Assembly: GCA_036172245.1 (NCBI GenBank)
Contig: JAYWIR010000103.1
Location: 1-64,000 of the forward strand
Source of the DNA: Raillietiella orientalis
Lineage: Eukaryota
Reading direction: 5' to 3'
DNA: 64,000 nt
The translations under genes were made by a program, and so were the position numbers. Under the pieces are notes generated by a model. It was given only the letters and a program-made list of their open reading frames with translations. It was not told the origin of the DNA and ran no database searches. Below are positions 13,001 through 25,162 of this stretch, one piece after another; within the stretch, counting starts at the first letter, position 1, and each line of letters begins with the position of its first letter.

Positions 13001-15694
13001 AGGCGGGCATGCTGATGAGCACCGCCCTGGTGCCTTGCCTCCGCCGAGGATTCTCCGTTCTTAGGGAAAACCGCACCAGAGGATGATCGGACACCGTGGT
13101 CATAATGTCTCGAAAACCCTGGATGCGATTCCCAAGTTCGGTGCTGTGCAGGACGTGATCGATCGGCTTGTGACTTGCAGTTCGCCACACCACTCCGAAC
13201 TCTTCGGATAGCTGCCGTACGCCTTCCTTCCTCTGGCGTCTTGGGAGTGAATGATCTCATCCCATATGTTGAGATCGCCAGCAACAATCACGACGTCCTT
13301 GGAAGCTACGTTTTTACGAAGTGCTGCATGCAGCGCCTCCGCACAACGATGTTTTAGCCTGTACCGCCTATACACGTTCACCAGGATGAGGTGAAGAGTA
13401 GCGGACCAGGCCAGTCGCACGCCGATGATTCGTCCGGGTTGGGGACAGTACACTTCCAGAATAGTGAAGGCCCAGTTGTTCTTGATTATGACCGCCACAA
13501 AATGCGTGTTCCGTTCTCCCTCGCTCACGAACATCTGCCCGTTGAATCGCCGTTTCATTTGCTGAGTATTCTCGAGACCCATCTTGTGGGTCTCCTGCCG
13601 GCACACTATGTCTTTTTGTGCGATAATCCGCACAATCCTATTTCTTTTTTCCTAGTCGACCACACCGTTTACATTCCAGGAGGCGATGTTCAGCCCCCTG
13701 GCGGTCGATAGGGAAGAGGCCATAAAAAGGGAAGTCCTATTTCTTGGCCTTCCTGAGCTTCTTCTGTCTGAGAGAGCGTGCTCTTCCAGACAATGAAGAA
13801 GCAGCGGAATTCCCGCTGCCGGCGTCACTCTCTGTTCTAATGAGGTCGGTTACTTCCGCCTCCTCCGTCGAGTGTTCGGCCCGCGCGATCAATTTTCGAG
13901 ATAGCGCCTCTATATCGACCTTGTCGCAGAAGTTCGCCTCTACGTCGAGAAGCTGTTCCTCTAGCTTCTCGCGCTCGGTGACCTCCCCATCCTGGTTGAC
14001 CTTCTCCTGTGCATTGCAGATCTTCTGCAAGATTTTCACTTGCTGCGGACCGCTCTGCACCTCTAGGACTTCATTAGCCAGTGATGCCAGCACCTCCGTA
14101 CATTGCAGGGCCTCTTGCGACATCGGTGTGGCTTCGTCTATTTCTTCTTCCGCGCTTCTTTGCGCTACCTCCATCTTTTTGCCTTCTTGCTCTTCACCTT
14201 CCAGGATAAGAGGAGCTTCTTGCTCCTTGACGAGCATCCTCCTCTTTTCTTTCTTCCCTACCTGTATGTAGCCGTCTTCCGATACCGGGACGGATTTTTT
14301 CACCTTCTTCGTCCTTCTTGCATTCGGGGCTGTTCCGCCTTCTTGGTGTTTCTCTCTCTCACAAGAGAGAGACCTCGAACCCTTCTGCAGTCTGCAAACT
14401 CCGGACAACTCCATTAGGCATGTCCGTGTTTCTTGCAGAAGGAGCACACCTCAGGCTACGGGCAGTTTCGTACTTGATGTCCTACTTTGCCGCAACGGAA
14501 ACAGCGACACGTTGGGCAAGCGCCTTCCCTGTGGCCGAGCTGCTTTCACCCGGTGCAGAATATCGGTTGTTGCCTGTAACGCACGTTCAGTCCTTGGGAT
14601 TGTTTGTCAAGAACGGCTAATCCAGGGATGACAGCTCCCTCTTTCAACTTCATTTTGGCGATCATGTCGCCAGAAAATATATCTTCAGAGAAGTTCTGGA
14701 ATTCAAGGTCCAGAACTTCCCCATATTGCTCCCAAAAGTTCCACACCGTTAGTTGCGGTGTGAGGATGGAGATGCCGTTCAGAAAGACGGTTGTGTATGG
14801 CATTTCGCCAATACCACAAACCATCTTTCCTTGTATATTGATCCCCTTCTGGATCAATCGCTCTCTATTATTTTCACAGTCTGTGAAGACTGTGAACTTG
14901 TTATTTGCCGGTATGATCGCCTGTATGCGATCAAAATTCATATCCGTTCTATCGAGGGACAGATACACCTCCCTGATATTATTGAATTTGATCAGCCTAG
15001 TCTTGAAATTGATGGGCTTCACATTCGGCACTAATTCCACGATTGGCCGTTCCACCTTTTGGACTTTGCCGCATAGCGGCTTCCCGAAATTTCTTGGTGG
15101 GTGGACACTCGCTTGTCCAGATGCCACCGACGAATAGGACAAGGGCTGCGCCGTCGCAGCCGAACAAGATGGCATCTCGCCCTGCACCGCGTGGCCGCCC
15201 GCGGGTCCTGCCATGGACGCCGCTGCCGCGAGTGCAACCCTCGACGTCGCTACCGTTGCCGCCGCGGGCGGCACCCTCGCCATCGCCGCCGCAGGCGCGT
15301 CCTTCCCCGCCGCGGGCACGATCCTCGGCGCCGCCGCCCCGGGCACGACCTCCGCCGTCGTCGCCGCGGGCACGAGCCTTGGCATCGCCGCCGCCGTCGC
15401 AGCATAGCCCGCCTTTGGCGCGATCCTCGGCATGCCTACCACCGCCTCGCCGTTGCCGCACGTTACCTCCATGGCTTCCATGGGGGACGACGGTGTCTCC
15501 ACTCCTCCTCCAGGTGCCTGCATCCTGGCAGCTGGTCTTGCTGCACGGGACCACTGCAGGTCTTCCGCCACGATCTTCTCGGCGCTTCTTTTGTAGTTTC
15601 GTTTGGAAACTTCCCTTTTCCGGGCACACTCGAGCAGAATTAACTGATTAAGTTGTCGAGCGCACAATACTTTGAGCCGCGATGCAAGTACACC
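10066..15694 (-). mobile_element. LINE family B copy 3, full length (~5.6 kb), degenerate
   Basis: 5' UTR, ORF1 (~15523-13737), ORF2 (~13723-10180) with EN, RT (DMEKAFD, MAYADD), CTACGD..H...C, and family 3' end. Confidence 0.93.
11147..12385 (-). pseudogene. ORF2 reverse transcriptase core of family B copy 3 (open segment of a broken ORF)
   Basis: WRPISILNSDAK, DMEKAFD, GVRQGDSL, YADD, KYLGV. Confidence 0.92.
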
Positions 15695-16306
15695 CTCGGC
15701 AGGAGAGGAGCAATCTCCTCCCTGCCGCTGAGGCTCGACTTCATCGCGTTTTAAGTGTGCTGGGAAATTTGCGCCCCATGCGATTGAAGTGGAAAGCCCG
15801 CAGGGGTCCTTCACGGAAGTCGAGCAGCAAGCAGGCAAGTAGAGAATTCTACCTTGCCCTCGGACGCGATTGGCCTACTGAAGCAGCTGTTCGCAGAGCG
15901 CTTTTGATCGCAGGTGACTTCACCCTGTGCCTGCTTTGAGGTGCGCCGGATACACTGAACGACTGTGTCAACGAGTTGTGCGTAGAAATGCACACGTGCA
16001 ACTATTTGACCGGAGTTATAGCCATGGAACGCGGCATCGATCACGTGTTTATTGACCAGCACGTTTGCTCTTGCGTGGCCAGGCGCGGCAAGGTACTGTT
16101 AGAGGTTTCGGACCATGACCGGATCGTGTTCGAAGTCCATCCGCGCGACATGGGCACCCCGCGTAAGCGTGGCGTCTGCCAGAGGACTGGTTGAAGCTCC
16201 CGGACGCGGCATAACATCTCCGCGCAACATTCGGTTCTTCAGGCTGCGGACGCTTCAGGACTGAGACCGCTTCAAGGGGATCGAGAGGATCGGAGGGGGC
16301 GGCTTG
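15695..16306 (+). mobile_element. Composite LINE remnant: E-like ORF1 piece fused to an endonuclease fragment
   Basis: RQERSNLLP (as at 33275), then LIAGDF..IDHVFID..SDH. Confidence 0.75.
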
Positions 16307-18389
16307 TTATCACCCGGGTGCGCCGGGGCGTTTATTATAAACTATCCGAGAACAGGGTTGTTGTACAAAGAGGAAAACAGGAGACGAAGGGGGTGGGATC
16401 CCCGACACGCAGGTCGGTATGCCGAAAGTCCGGAAGGGTAGGGAAGGGACCACAAATACACTACTATACAATATGAAAGAAAAATATGAAAGGCAGGGGA
16501 CAGGGGTCTTTAATGAGTCCGTTCCTTCCTTTCAAAACTGGCGATGAATGCCAGCGATCTCTCTCCTTACGCCCTTTAACAGATGGGCCCACTCGGCAGC
16601 GAACGACATATTGGTGCAGGCTAATCCGGTGCGCTGAGGAAAAATGGCCGGTTTCTCCAACTCTCGGTGGGCCTTGTCGATGGCGCGGGTGCAACACACC
16701 GTTGAAACGACAGCACCTCAAGACAGGACGCCTGGCGTAAAGAAGCGGCGCATCAAGTCCCTTGCGGTGTCCCCCTGGTGCAGGAGAGCTGAGGCCAGCC
16801 TCCGTTAAAGTCCTAGAAGGGCACAGCAGTTCAGGAGCAGGTGCGGAAGGGTTTCCACTTTCCCGCACCGCTTCCAGTTTGGGGAGACAACTCCCTCGGA
16901 AAAACGGTTCGTCCGCTGGTTGGAGTGAAAATCCCAATGGACCAGCATGATGACGTCCTGCTTCCACCAAAGGGGGAACACAAAATTGTTCTAACAGGAG
17001 TGAGGGACCACAAGTTCTTCGGAGGGCACACTCAAGTGTTCGCTCCACCGAAGGAGTCCCTTCGGGATGTGGCGAGGCGTGGCGGCGTCTGCCACCTCGC
17101 TAGTCCTCCAGCCGCCAATAGTTCGCGTTGTTCCTGCAATGGTGCAGGCGACCCCCCATCTCGCCGGTTCGCGGCTTTCATCTCTTGCCCTGAGGGCTGA
17201 CAGTGCGTCGGCGAGCAGCGTGACGGCCAGGCGGGTCGACTACTCCTGGCTGTTGCACACCTCGTCCACCGTGCAATACGGGGACAGGTGATCGCAACGA
17301 AGTGCCAAAGGAAAACATCCTGGTGCTTTGCCCAGCCATGCAACGGTTCCTGCCTTCAGGCTTGAAAGTTCGTTGGGTGGCCAGAGATCAATTCCTGGGC
17401 TTCCAGGAGCCGGTACAGCGGTTTCAAAGGGCAACCGAAGCTTCTCGTGGCGCGCTCCGTGTGCGGCCCCAGCGACAGAAGCCCATCGCTGCCTGTGCAG
17501 AGCCGCAAAAGCAGGCGAGCGGGATCGCACAACGAAGTGGACCAAAGGTTAAGCACAGGGCAACATCCGGAGCTGCACCTGTAGTTTGATTCTCTCCAGC
17601 GTCAGGATGTCTAATCCAGCATCCCGAAGCGGAGCCGCCAAGTCTTTGAGGCGGATCCTGGATCTCGCAGGACCCCACAGAGCGTTCCTCAACAGGCTGT
17701 GCGCCTGGAGCTTCGCCGAGTTGGGGAGCAAGCAGACAAAAAGTAGGCGGCCCAAGAGGGGGGTAACTAAGTTGTTCCATATCGTAACCTGCTCCGGCAG
17801 GACGAACCTGCCATGGTGAAACGGGCTTAGTGAATTCGAAACCTTCCGAAGGCAGTGCGACCACACTTCCACTGGGCTGATGTTCCCCAGCGGATCGCCC
17901 AGATATTGCATGGATTAAGCGTTCGGAATCCCCAGACGGATCCAGTCGGACTGCTCCTCCCACGCCGCATCAACAGGTACGACCACGCTCTTGCTTAGGT
18001 TAACGCTCATGCCCGCATCCGAAAGAATCAGCTCGAAGAAATCCTCGAGACTGGACGTCGAGGTGGTCATGGGTAAGAAAAGAAGCAGGTCGTCAGCATA
18101 GGCCGCCACGGACGGCATTCCTGTACAAGAGCTTGGCAGGTAGGCCAGCGTCAGATTGTACGCCCTGAGCACCAACTCAAAGAAGATGCTGAAAAGCAAC
18201 TTGGTTAAGCTGTCGCCCTGCTTGATGCCCTGCCGCACCCAAACGCCGTACACGTGGCAGCCGCTAAAAGAGATGCAAATCACCGCGTGGCGCCAGCAAG
18301 CGCGCAAATACGCCACGAGGTGCTCCGCAAGACCGAGGCGTTTCAGAAGCTGCAGCACAAGATCCTGATTTACGCAGTCGAACGCTTTG
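16307..18389 (-). mobile_element. LINE family F copy 1, from RT KAFD to 3' end
   Basis: KAFDCVNQ, GIKQGDSL, AYADD; 3' end aataaaacgccccggcgcacccgggtgataa. Confidence 0.88.
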
Positions 18390-18402
18390 TTCGCTCTAGG
18401 GC

Positions 18403-18409
18403 GGACGTG
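18403..18409 (+). promoter_or_regulatory. DPE-like core promoter element GGACGTG in the family C 5' UTR
   Basis: Recurs at five element 5' ends: 18403, 23979, 39765(-), 48764(-, AGACGTG), 55965(-, GGACGGG); matches the RGWCGTG DPE known from Drosophila LINE promoters. Confidence 0.6.
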
Positions 18410-18485
18410 TTTTCTCGGTGCTCCTCGTGCCAGGAAGTCTCCCCCAGTGCAAACGTCGTGTGGTTCGGAGGTCGATCAGGCAGCG

Positions 18486-20146
18486 ATGCCTGACGCGACC
18501 ACCAGGGATGGCAAGGGGGCAGCGGCAACGCCGGCCCCAGAGGCGATGGAAAGCCAGGGGGCGGCAACAACGTCGCCCCCGGAGGTGATGGAGGTGCAGC
18601 CATCCGCTTCCACAGAATCGGTCCCCGCTGCAGCGCGGGCGTCGAGCGCCATTGTATCCGCGCTATCGCCTGCAGCCGCGGCGGAATTGTCGGCCTATGT
18701 AGAGGAGGGGTACAACCCCTCATTCTTCTACAAGGTAGGCAATTTATATTCTTTAGAGAGCGCGCGCGCCTTCTTGAAGAGCATGCGCGCTCTCGATGTG
18801 AAAGAGGAGGAGCTAAGCGCTATTACCATCCGCAGCGGGGGTCAGTACGTTGAGGTCATCTGCAAACATGCAGAGATGGCACAACGACTGCTTAAAACCC
18901 CCGTTTTGATAGGGACGCGCAGGCTCCTCCCCACTACGGCAGACAACAGCATGGTGGTTCGCCTCTTAGGCGTAACCGCGAGAATGCGCAAAGAACAGGT
19001 TCGCGCCGATTTGGAACAGTTCGGAACGGTCCACGCGCAGGGACAAAAGTGAGTCCTTTCGAGGACTACACGGGGCTGGAACACGGCCTCACTGCTTCGC
19101 GCGTGACCGTTCGGGAGGGATGCACTCTTCCCCACAAACTGGTGGTCGAAGGCGAAACCGTCGACCTCTGGTATGTGGGGAAGCCGAAATACCGTTGCTT
19201 CTGCGATACGTAGGGCCACCTCAGAAAGAGGTGTCCGAATGTGCAGTGCCAACTATGCGGAACCATGGGACACACGAGGGAGGTGTACACAAAAGCAGCA
19301 CTGCGGGTGGTTTCCAAGAGAAACCTTAAAATACGCGCCCGGCTTCTGCAGAGAAGGCTGGCGGCGAAAGCTGCCGCGAAGGCTGTGCCACCCGCGCCCA
19401 AGACCCAGGCCGCACCCGAGATTCCGGATACCAACGCCGAAAAAGTTGGAAGAGCAGGCCAGGAGACTAAGTGGTAAATGGCAACGGCCAGAAAATCAAA
19501 GAAGGAGAGGAGGATGGAAAAGAAAATCGCCTACCAACAGAAGAAGAAAGAGCAGGGTAGCGCGATAATTAAAGAGTGCAGCGTCGTTGTCGAACGCGTT
19601 CTGGATGTTGCCGAACGCTGCCGGAAAGAACTCGCCGCTACCGACGACCTCCCCTCTGTTGACTCTGTCCATTGCAAGGGGAGCGAGCCGGCGGCGGCGT
19701 CCGTCATCGACAACACCATCGATGACGTAGCCTTCGCGCGTGCCGCGGAGGAGCTGGCAGCCTCGTTGCAGCCAGAACCCTCCAAGGCAGGCAGGAAGGC
19801 CGTAAGGCGTCCGGCCTCCTCTCAGGAGTCCCCCACTTCCGACCCCGAGGTTTAAACCGGAAGCGCAGCCTCCATTTCCACGGCACCGCGCAAGAAGGCT
19901 GTACGTAAGTCCACAAAGCCAAGGAAGCTCGTCTCCCCCGTCGAAGGGGAAGAAATGGCTTCCGCAAGCGAGGGTGCCATGAGCGTGGGAAACTCTCGGG
20001 ACCCGTCGCCCGAGAGACTCCCACGCGCGGACACGGAGGGGATCGAGGGGGTGAAGGCCGAACAGGTGCCTCAGGTGCCTGAGAAGGCCGAAACCCCTAT
20101 GAACATCCCGCCCGCATCGCAAGAGGACGGCTCCCCCACACCTTAA
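18486..20146 (+). pseudogene. ORF1 (RRM-like + CCHC zinc knuckles) of family C copy 1, with stops
   Basis: LEQFGTVH, C.FCDT*GHLRKRC, CQLCGTMGH; in-frame stops at ~19050, 19210, 19475, 19853. Confidence 0.85.
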
Positions 20147-20160
20147 TCCTCCCAGCAGTA

Positions 20161-23100
20161 ATGCAGGGAATCTCCTCCCGCCGTCGTCTGCTCATCGCCG
20201 TTTGGAACGTGAACGGCATGACAGACGCCGGCAGGAGACGAGACATTGCCGCCCTTCTGGAATCCTACGACCTTGCGCTGCTGCAGGAGATCCACATGAT
20301 CTCCGCAGAACAAGCGCAAGAGATCGAACGGATCTCCGGAGGGCGGCTGTGGTACAGGTGTGGGAGAACGAAAAGTTGCGCTGTCGCCTACCTGCTTCGT
20401 ACAGCCGTCGAGGCCGCGGCTCGGGGCGTGCGGTTCGACGATCACGGTCGTGTCGGCCAGCTGACTCTCAGATGTTCCGACTCGATTGATCTGATCGTCA
20501 CGAACGTGTACGCACCGAGCGGCAAGGACCTGATGAACAGGAGGGCGAGGAAAGAGTTTTTCCTTGCCCTTCGGCGAGACTGGCTGACCGAAGCAGGCGT
20601 GCGGAATGCCCATCTGGTTGCAGGCGATTTCAACGTTCGCCTGAAACCAGATGGGCAGAATCCCGAGTGTGACCTGGGCAACGAGGTGTGCATGGCGGTG
20701 CACACCTGTAATTTGTTGGTCAGTGCACCGATGATGGAAGACAGCATTGACCACGTGTTTCTTGACGAGCACCTGTGCCCTCGCGTGGGCAGGCGCGGCA
20801 AGTTACCGTGCGAGCTGTCCGACCATCTCCCGCTAGTCCTCGAGATTCAACCGCGCGACAGGGGCCCCCCCTCTTCAGCGTGGCGTCTCCCAGAGGACTG
20901 GCTGAAGCCCTCGGACGCGGCGGAACATCTCCACAGGTTCATGCGGAGCTTCAGGCTGCGGACACTCCAGCATTGAGACCGCTTTTAGCGGTCGGTCCAG
21001 GAGTTTTGCGACCAGTTCCCTCTGCACCGCCTACCTACGGATTTTGGGACCGGGGTCCGTAACGAACGAGCCTACCTCCAGGCCCGTCGTTACGCAAGAA
21101 CCCATGACATCCGCATACTGGCGGAATACAAAGCGGGAGCCGAGAGGCAAGCCTGGCAGTCAGGATCGGCCAGCTTACTTGACGATCAGGACCAGGAGCA
21201 CTAGGCACGTGCTCAAATCCGCGGCCTGCTGCGGAGTTACTACTCCTCCCTGTATGCCAGGGCACCTCCGGAGAAGGACGTTTCACGACTCCTGCTTCCG
21301 GAAGGCGCTCTAGCGATCGGGGAGGAGCAGAGAAAGACCCTGGACGAGCCTTTCACGATGGACGAGATCCTCTCCGCCATCGGAAAGCTCAAGAGGCGAA
21401 AGGCTCCAGGGGAGGACGGCCTGCCCGCGGAGTTTTATCAAACTTTCGCGGCTGAGCTTACCCCTCTGGTACAGCAACTCACCTTGCTAATACGCGAAAC
21501 AGGTGATGTTCCCGCTTCGTTTCGTTAGGCAAAGGTGCGGCCCCTCCCTAAGGTAGGAAATCTGAGGTGCATGAACAACTGGCGTCCCATCACAATAGTG
21601 AATGCGGACGCCAAGTTGCTGGCTAAGGTTTGGGCAGAGCGTCTGAGACGGGTTGCCAACATCTTCATCAGCCCGGAACAGACATATGCTGTTCCCGGGC
21701 GAAGCATGGAGGCGAACCTGTTCCACGCTTCCACCTGGCTAGAGCGCCAGCATGAAAGGAGCTTGGTGCGCAGCTGGAATTCCGGTGCGTACGCCGGCAA
21801 GTGGTTGGATGGTCGGGTGGGGGAGGGAGCCCCTGCGGTCGCAATCAACTGGCGAAAAGCATTCGATTGCGTCGACCAGAATCTCCTTCTGGAGCTTCTG
21901 GAACGCTTGGGCTTCCCGGCATTATTAGTGGCCTATCTGCGCTCTTGCTGGCGCGACGCACTCATCAATGTTACTTTCAGCGGGCAGACCGTGCACGGCG
22001 TGCCGGTGCGGCGTGGGAACCGGCAGGGAGACAGCCTGAGCCCCTTGCTCTTCAGTACCTACTTTGAGTTGATACTGAGAGCGTACAGGGGAACTCTGGC
22101 GCACCTGCCGCACGACTGTGCCGGTACGCCGGCCGTTTCAGCATACGCGGAAGACCTTCTGCTACTGCTCCCTATGTCCACCCCGGCTGCGGCGGTCGAG
22201 TAGTTCTTCGACCTGCTGCATCGGGGAAGCGTACTTACGGTGAAAAGGGCGAAGACGTCCGTGATGCCAGTTGGTGCGTCGTGGGAAGAGCACAAGGACT
22301 GGGTCCGTTTGGGGATCCCCACGGTGAAGCACTTCAAGTACCTTGGTGTGCCGTTGGGGAACTACTCCCCTGCGGAAGCGTGATCCGGTGGCCTTCAAAA
22401 TGTAGAGACGGCGCTCGGCTTGTACCGAGGAGGCAGGTTTTTGCTGCCTGAACGGCCCGCGGTTTGGAACACGTTCGCGGCACCTCTTCTCCCTGCATTT
22501 TGTGTGTTCCCACAGGGAGAGAATTAGAAAGCGGACAAAGGACCTCCTCCGTATCGCCCTTAGGGGCAACAGGAGGGCCCGATTCCGCTTAAAGGACCTG
22601 TGCGCTCCTCTTTGGGACGTTGGTATGGGCCTCCTGACGCTGGAGCGGCTAAAGCTTCAGCTTCAGTTCCGATTGTCGACACTGGTCCCAGAGTTCTGTT
22701 GACGCTGTTGGTCGTCCCTGCACGTCTTCTTCTCCAGCAAGCCACCGGCAAGACGGGATTGAGGTCGTTTCTTGCACTTCGTCGCCGCATCAACCGATGG
22801 GGACTCCAGCTACGGAGGGTGGCTGCGCTGTACCGGAGAAACCCAGGATTCCTCACCTGTCGCCCTTAGGACGGTAGTGCCTGGTTGCAGGATACCGTTC
22901 GAACGTGGAGACAGTTCGGCATGCAACGCTCTTAACAGTAACGAAGGTTCCTCTTTGGGGGTTACAGAAGTTGCACGCTCCGCGAGATCCTTGAGGATCC
23001 AAAGAAGACAGCGTGGGCAGTAAGAAGCCCCGCGTTGCTGCGCTGCCCTCCCTGATACAAGATCTGAACAGCGATGATGCGGCGAAGTGGGAGGTTACAG

Positions 23101-23730
23101 TAACAATCTCCGGAAAGGAGAAGAAGATACCAGAGTGGAAGACGGGCCAGTTAACAGACGCTGAGTCCCCGAGGACGCCTCCCAATGGACTTCTACGCTG
23201 AGGCGCGCAGCTCGACGTTCCCATTGAACGTTTGAAGTGGCCCCAGGTACCAATGAACACCTTTACCCTCCCCTTTAAATGGAATGAGTCGGAATTCCTT
23301 TTGCAGCACTGGTGACTCCCCTGCAACTTCCGCCGTCACCACTGGACCTGGCGAGCGGTGGACCCCAATTGCGTCAGGTGTGGGGAACGGAAGTCCTTCC
23401 CCCACCTGCTAGTAAATTGTGTTGCCCTTTGGCCCCTTTGGTTTCGCTTTGCCGCGGCCATCAGTATCCTCTGCGGCAACCTCAGGGACGCACTGAAAGC
23501 CCTCTTCGTTGCCGACGCCCTTCGGCCAGCTGCCTCGTTAGCAGCTTTGTGCTGCCTACGCGGGATCCTCACCGCTTGGAGTAAATCAACGGGAGGTGAA
23601 AGCGTCCAGGGTGCCATCCAGCAAGCCTACCAGTTCCTGAGGAGAGCGTCGCGATGGCTCCACCTGGATCCAAGCATGCAGCAAGATCTTGTCGGCATCC
23701 TGCAAAGGATGCAACGGCCCCACCAGCTAC
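20161..23730 (+). pseudogene. ORF2 (APE endonuclease-RT-C-terminal Zn motif) of family C copy 1, broken; 3' end approximate
   Basis: WNVNG, LQEIH, NVYAP, GDFN, IDH, SDH; WRPITIVN, KAFD, YAED; CVRCGE..H...C. Confidence 0.9.
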
Positions 23731-23965
23731 AGGGAACCCTTCCCGTACCCTCCCAGTTTTTTCTTTTTCTTTTGTTTTGTTTTTACTTTTTTCTCCTTCC
23801 CCCTGCCGCCGTGGTTGACCGTGCCGGTCTGCGAACCAGTGACCCGGCACGCTCTGTGTTTCTTCGTGCGTGGCTGGAGCAATGGTCCAGCCACCGCACG
23901 TCTTTGCAAATGTTTCTTTTACAATGAACGCCCGGGCGAAATCCGGGTGAAAATCGAACGCCTTG

Positions 23966-25162
23966 CGTGCTCAAGGGTGGACGTGTTTTCTGGGTGCTCT
24001 TCGTGCCAGGAAGTCTGTCTCAGTGCAAGCGTCGTGTGGTTCGGTGGTCGATCAGGCAGCGATGCCTGAAGCGACCACCAGGGATGGCCAGGGGGCAGCG
24101 GAAACAACGCCCCCAGAGGCGATGGAGAGCAAGGGGGCGGCGGCAACGTCGCCCCCAGAGGCGATGGAGGTGGATGCATCCGCCCCCACAGAATCGGTTC
24201 CGGCTGCAGCGGGGGCGTGGAATGCCGTTGTGTCGGCAACATCGCCTGCAGCCGCGGCGGAATTGTCGGCCTATGTAGAGAAGGGGTAAAACCACTCACT
24301 GTTCTCCAAGGTAGGCAACCTTTACTCTTTAGAGAGCGCGCGCGCCTTCTCTAAGGGACTCCGCGCTCTCGATGTGAAAGAGGAGGACCTCAGCGCTATG
24401 AACTTTCGCAGCGGGGAACAGTACTTTGAGGTCATCTGCAAACAAGCAGAGCTGGCATAACGACTGCTTGAATCTCCCGTTGTGATATGGACGCGCCGGC
24501 TTCTCCCTACTACGGCGGACCGTAGAATGGTGGTTTACCTGTTAGGCGGAACCGCGCAAATGCGCAAAGAACAGATTCGCATTGCTCTAGAGCAATTTGC
24601 AACGGTCCACGCGCAGTGGACAAAAGTTAGTCTTTTCGGGGACTACACAGGAATGCAACACGGTTTCACGGCTGCGCGCGTGACCGTTCGGGAAGGCTGC
24701 ACTCTTCACCACAAAATGGTGGTCGAAGGCGAAACCGTCGACCTCTAGTATGTAGAGAAGCCGAAATACTGCGGCTTCTGCAATACGTCGTGCCACCTTG
24801 AAAAGTGGTGTCCCAACGTCCAGTGCCAAGTATGGGGCACATTGGGTCACACGAGGGAGGTGTGCGCAAAAGCAGCAGCGCAGGTTGTTTCCAAGAGAAT
24901 CCTTAAAAAACCAGCCCGGCTTCTGAAGATAAGGCTTGCGGCGAAAGCTGCCGCGAAGGCTGTGTTTTCCGCGCCCAAGACCCAGGGCACACCCGAGACT
25001 CCGGCGACCAGCACCGAAAAAGTTGAAGTAGCCGTCCAGGAGAATGGGTTGCAATTGGCAACAGCAAAAAATTAAAGAAGGTGAGGAGTTCAGAAAAAAA
25101 GCTTGCGAACCGCCAGAAAAAACAGGAGGCAAGCAAGAAGATAGAAGAATGCAGCCTTGTCG
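23966..25162 (+). mobile_element. LINE family C copy 2, 5' UTR + ORF1 N-terminal part, tandem to copy 1
   Basis: Colinear with 18390-19580 (MPEATTRDGQGAAE). Confidence 0.9.

Larger units (their letters stand above)
18390..23953 (+). mobile_element. LINE family C copy 1, full length (~5.56 kb), flanked by an imperfect 12-bp TSD
   Basis: ORF1 from ATG 18486, ORF2 from ATG 20161; flanks tcgaacgctttg (18378-18389) and tcgaacgccttg (23954-23965). Confidence 0.92.

Noticed and set aside
15230..15440. GC-rich repeats as a CRISPR array
   Set aside because: Degenerate in-frame coding repeats with no unique spacers and no cas genes
18390..25162. Direct repeat 18390-19580 / 23966-25162 as LTRs
   Set aside because: It is the 5' UTR + ORF1 of a second tandem copy; no TG..CA ends, PBS, protease or integrase
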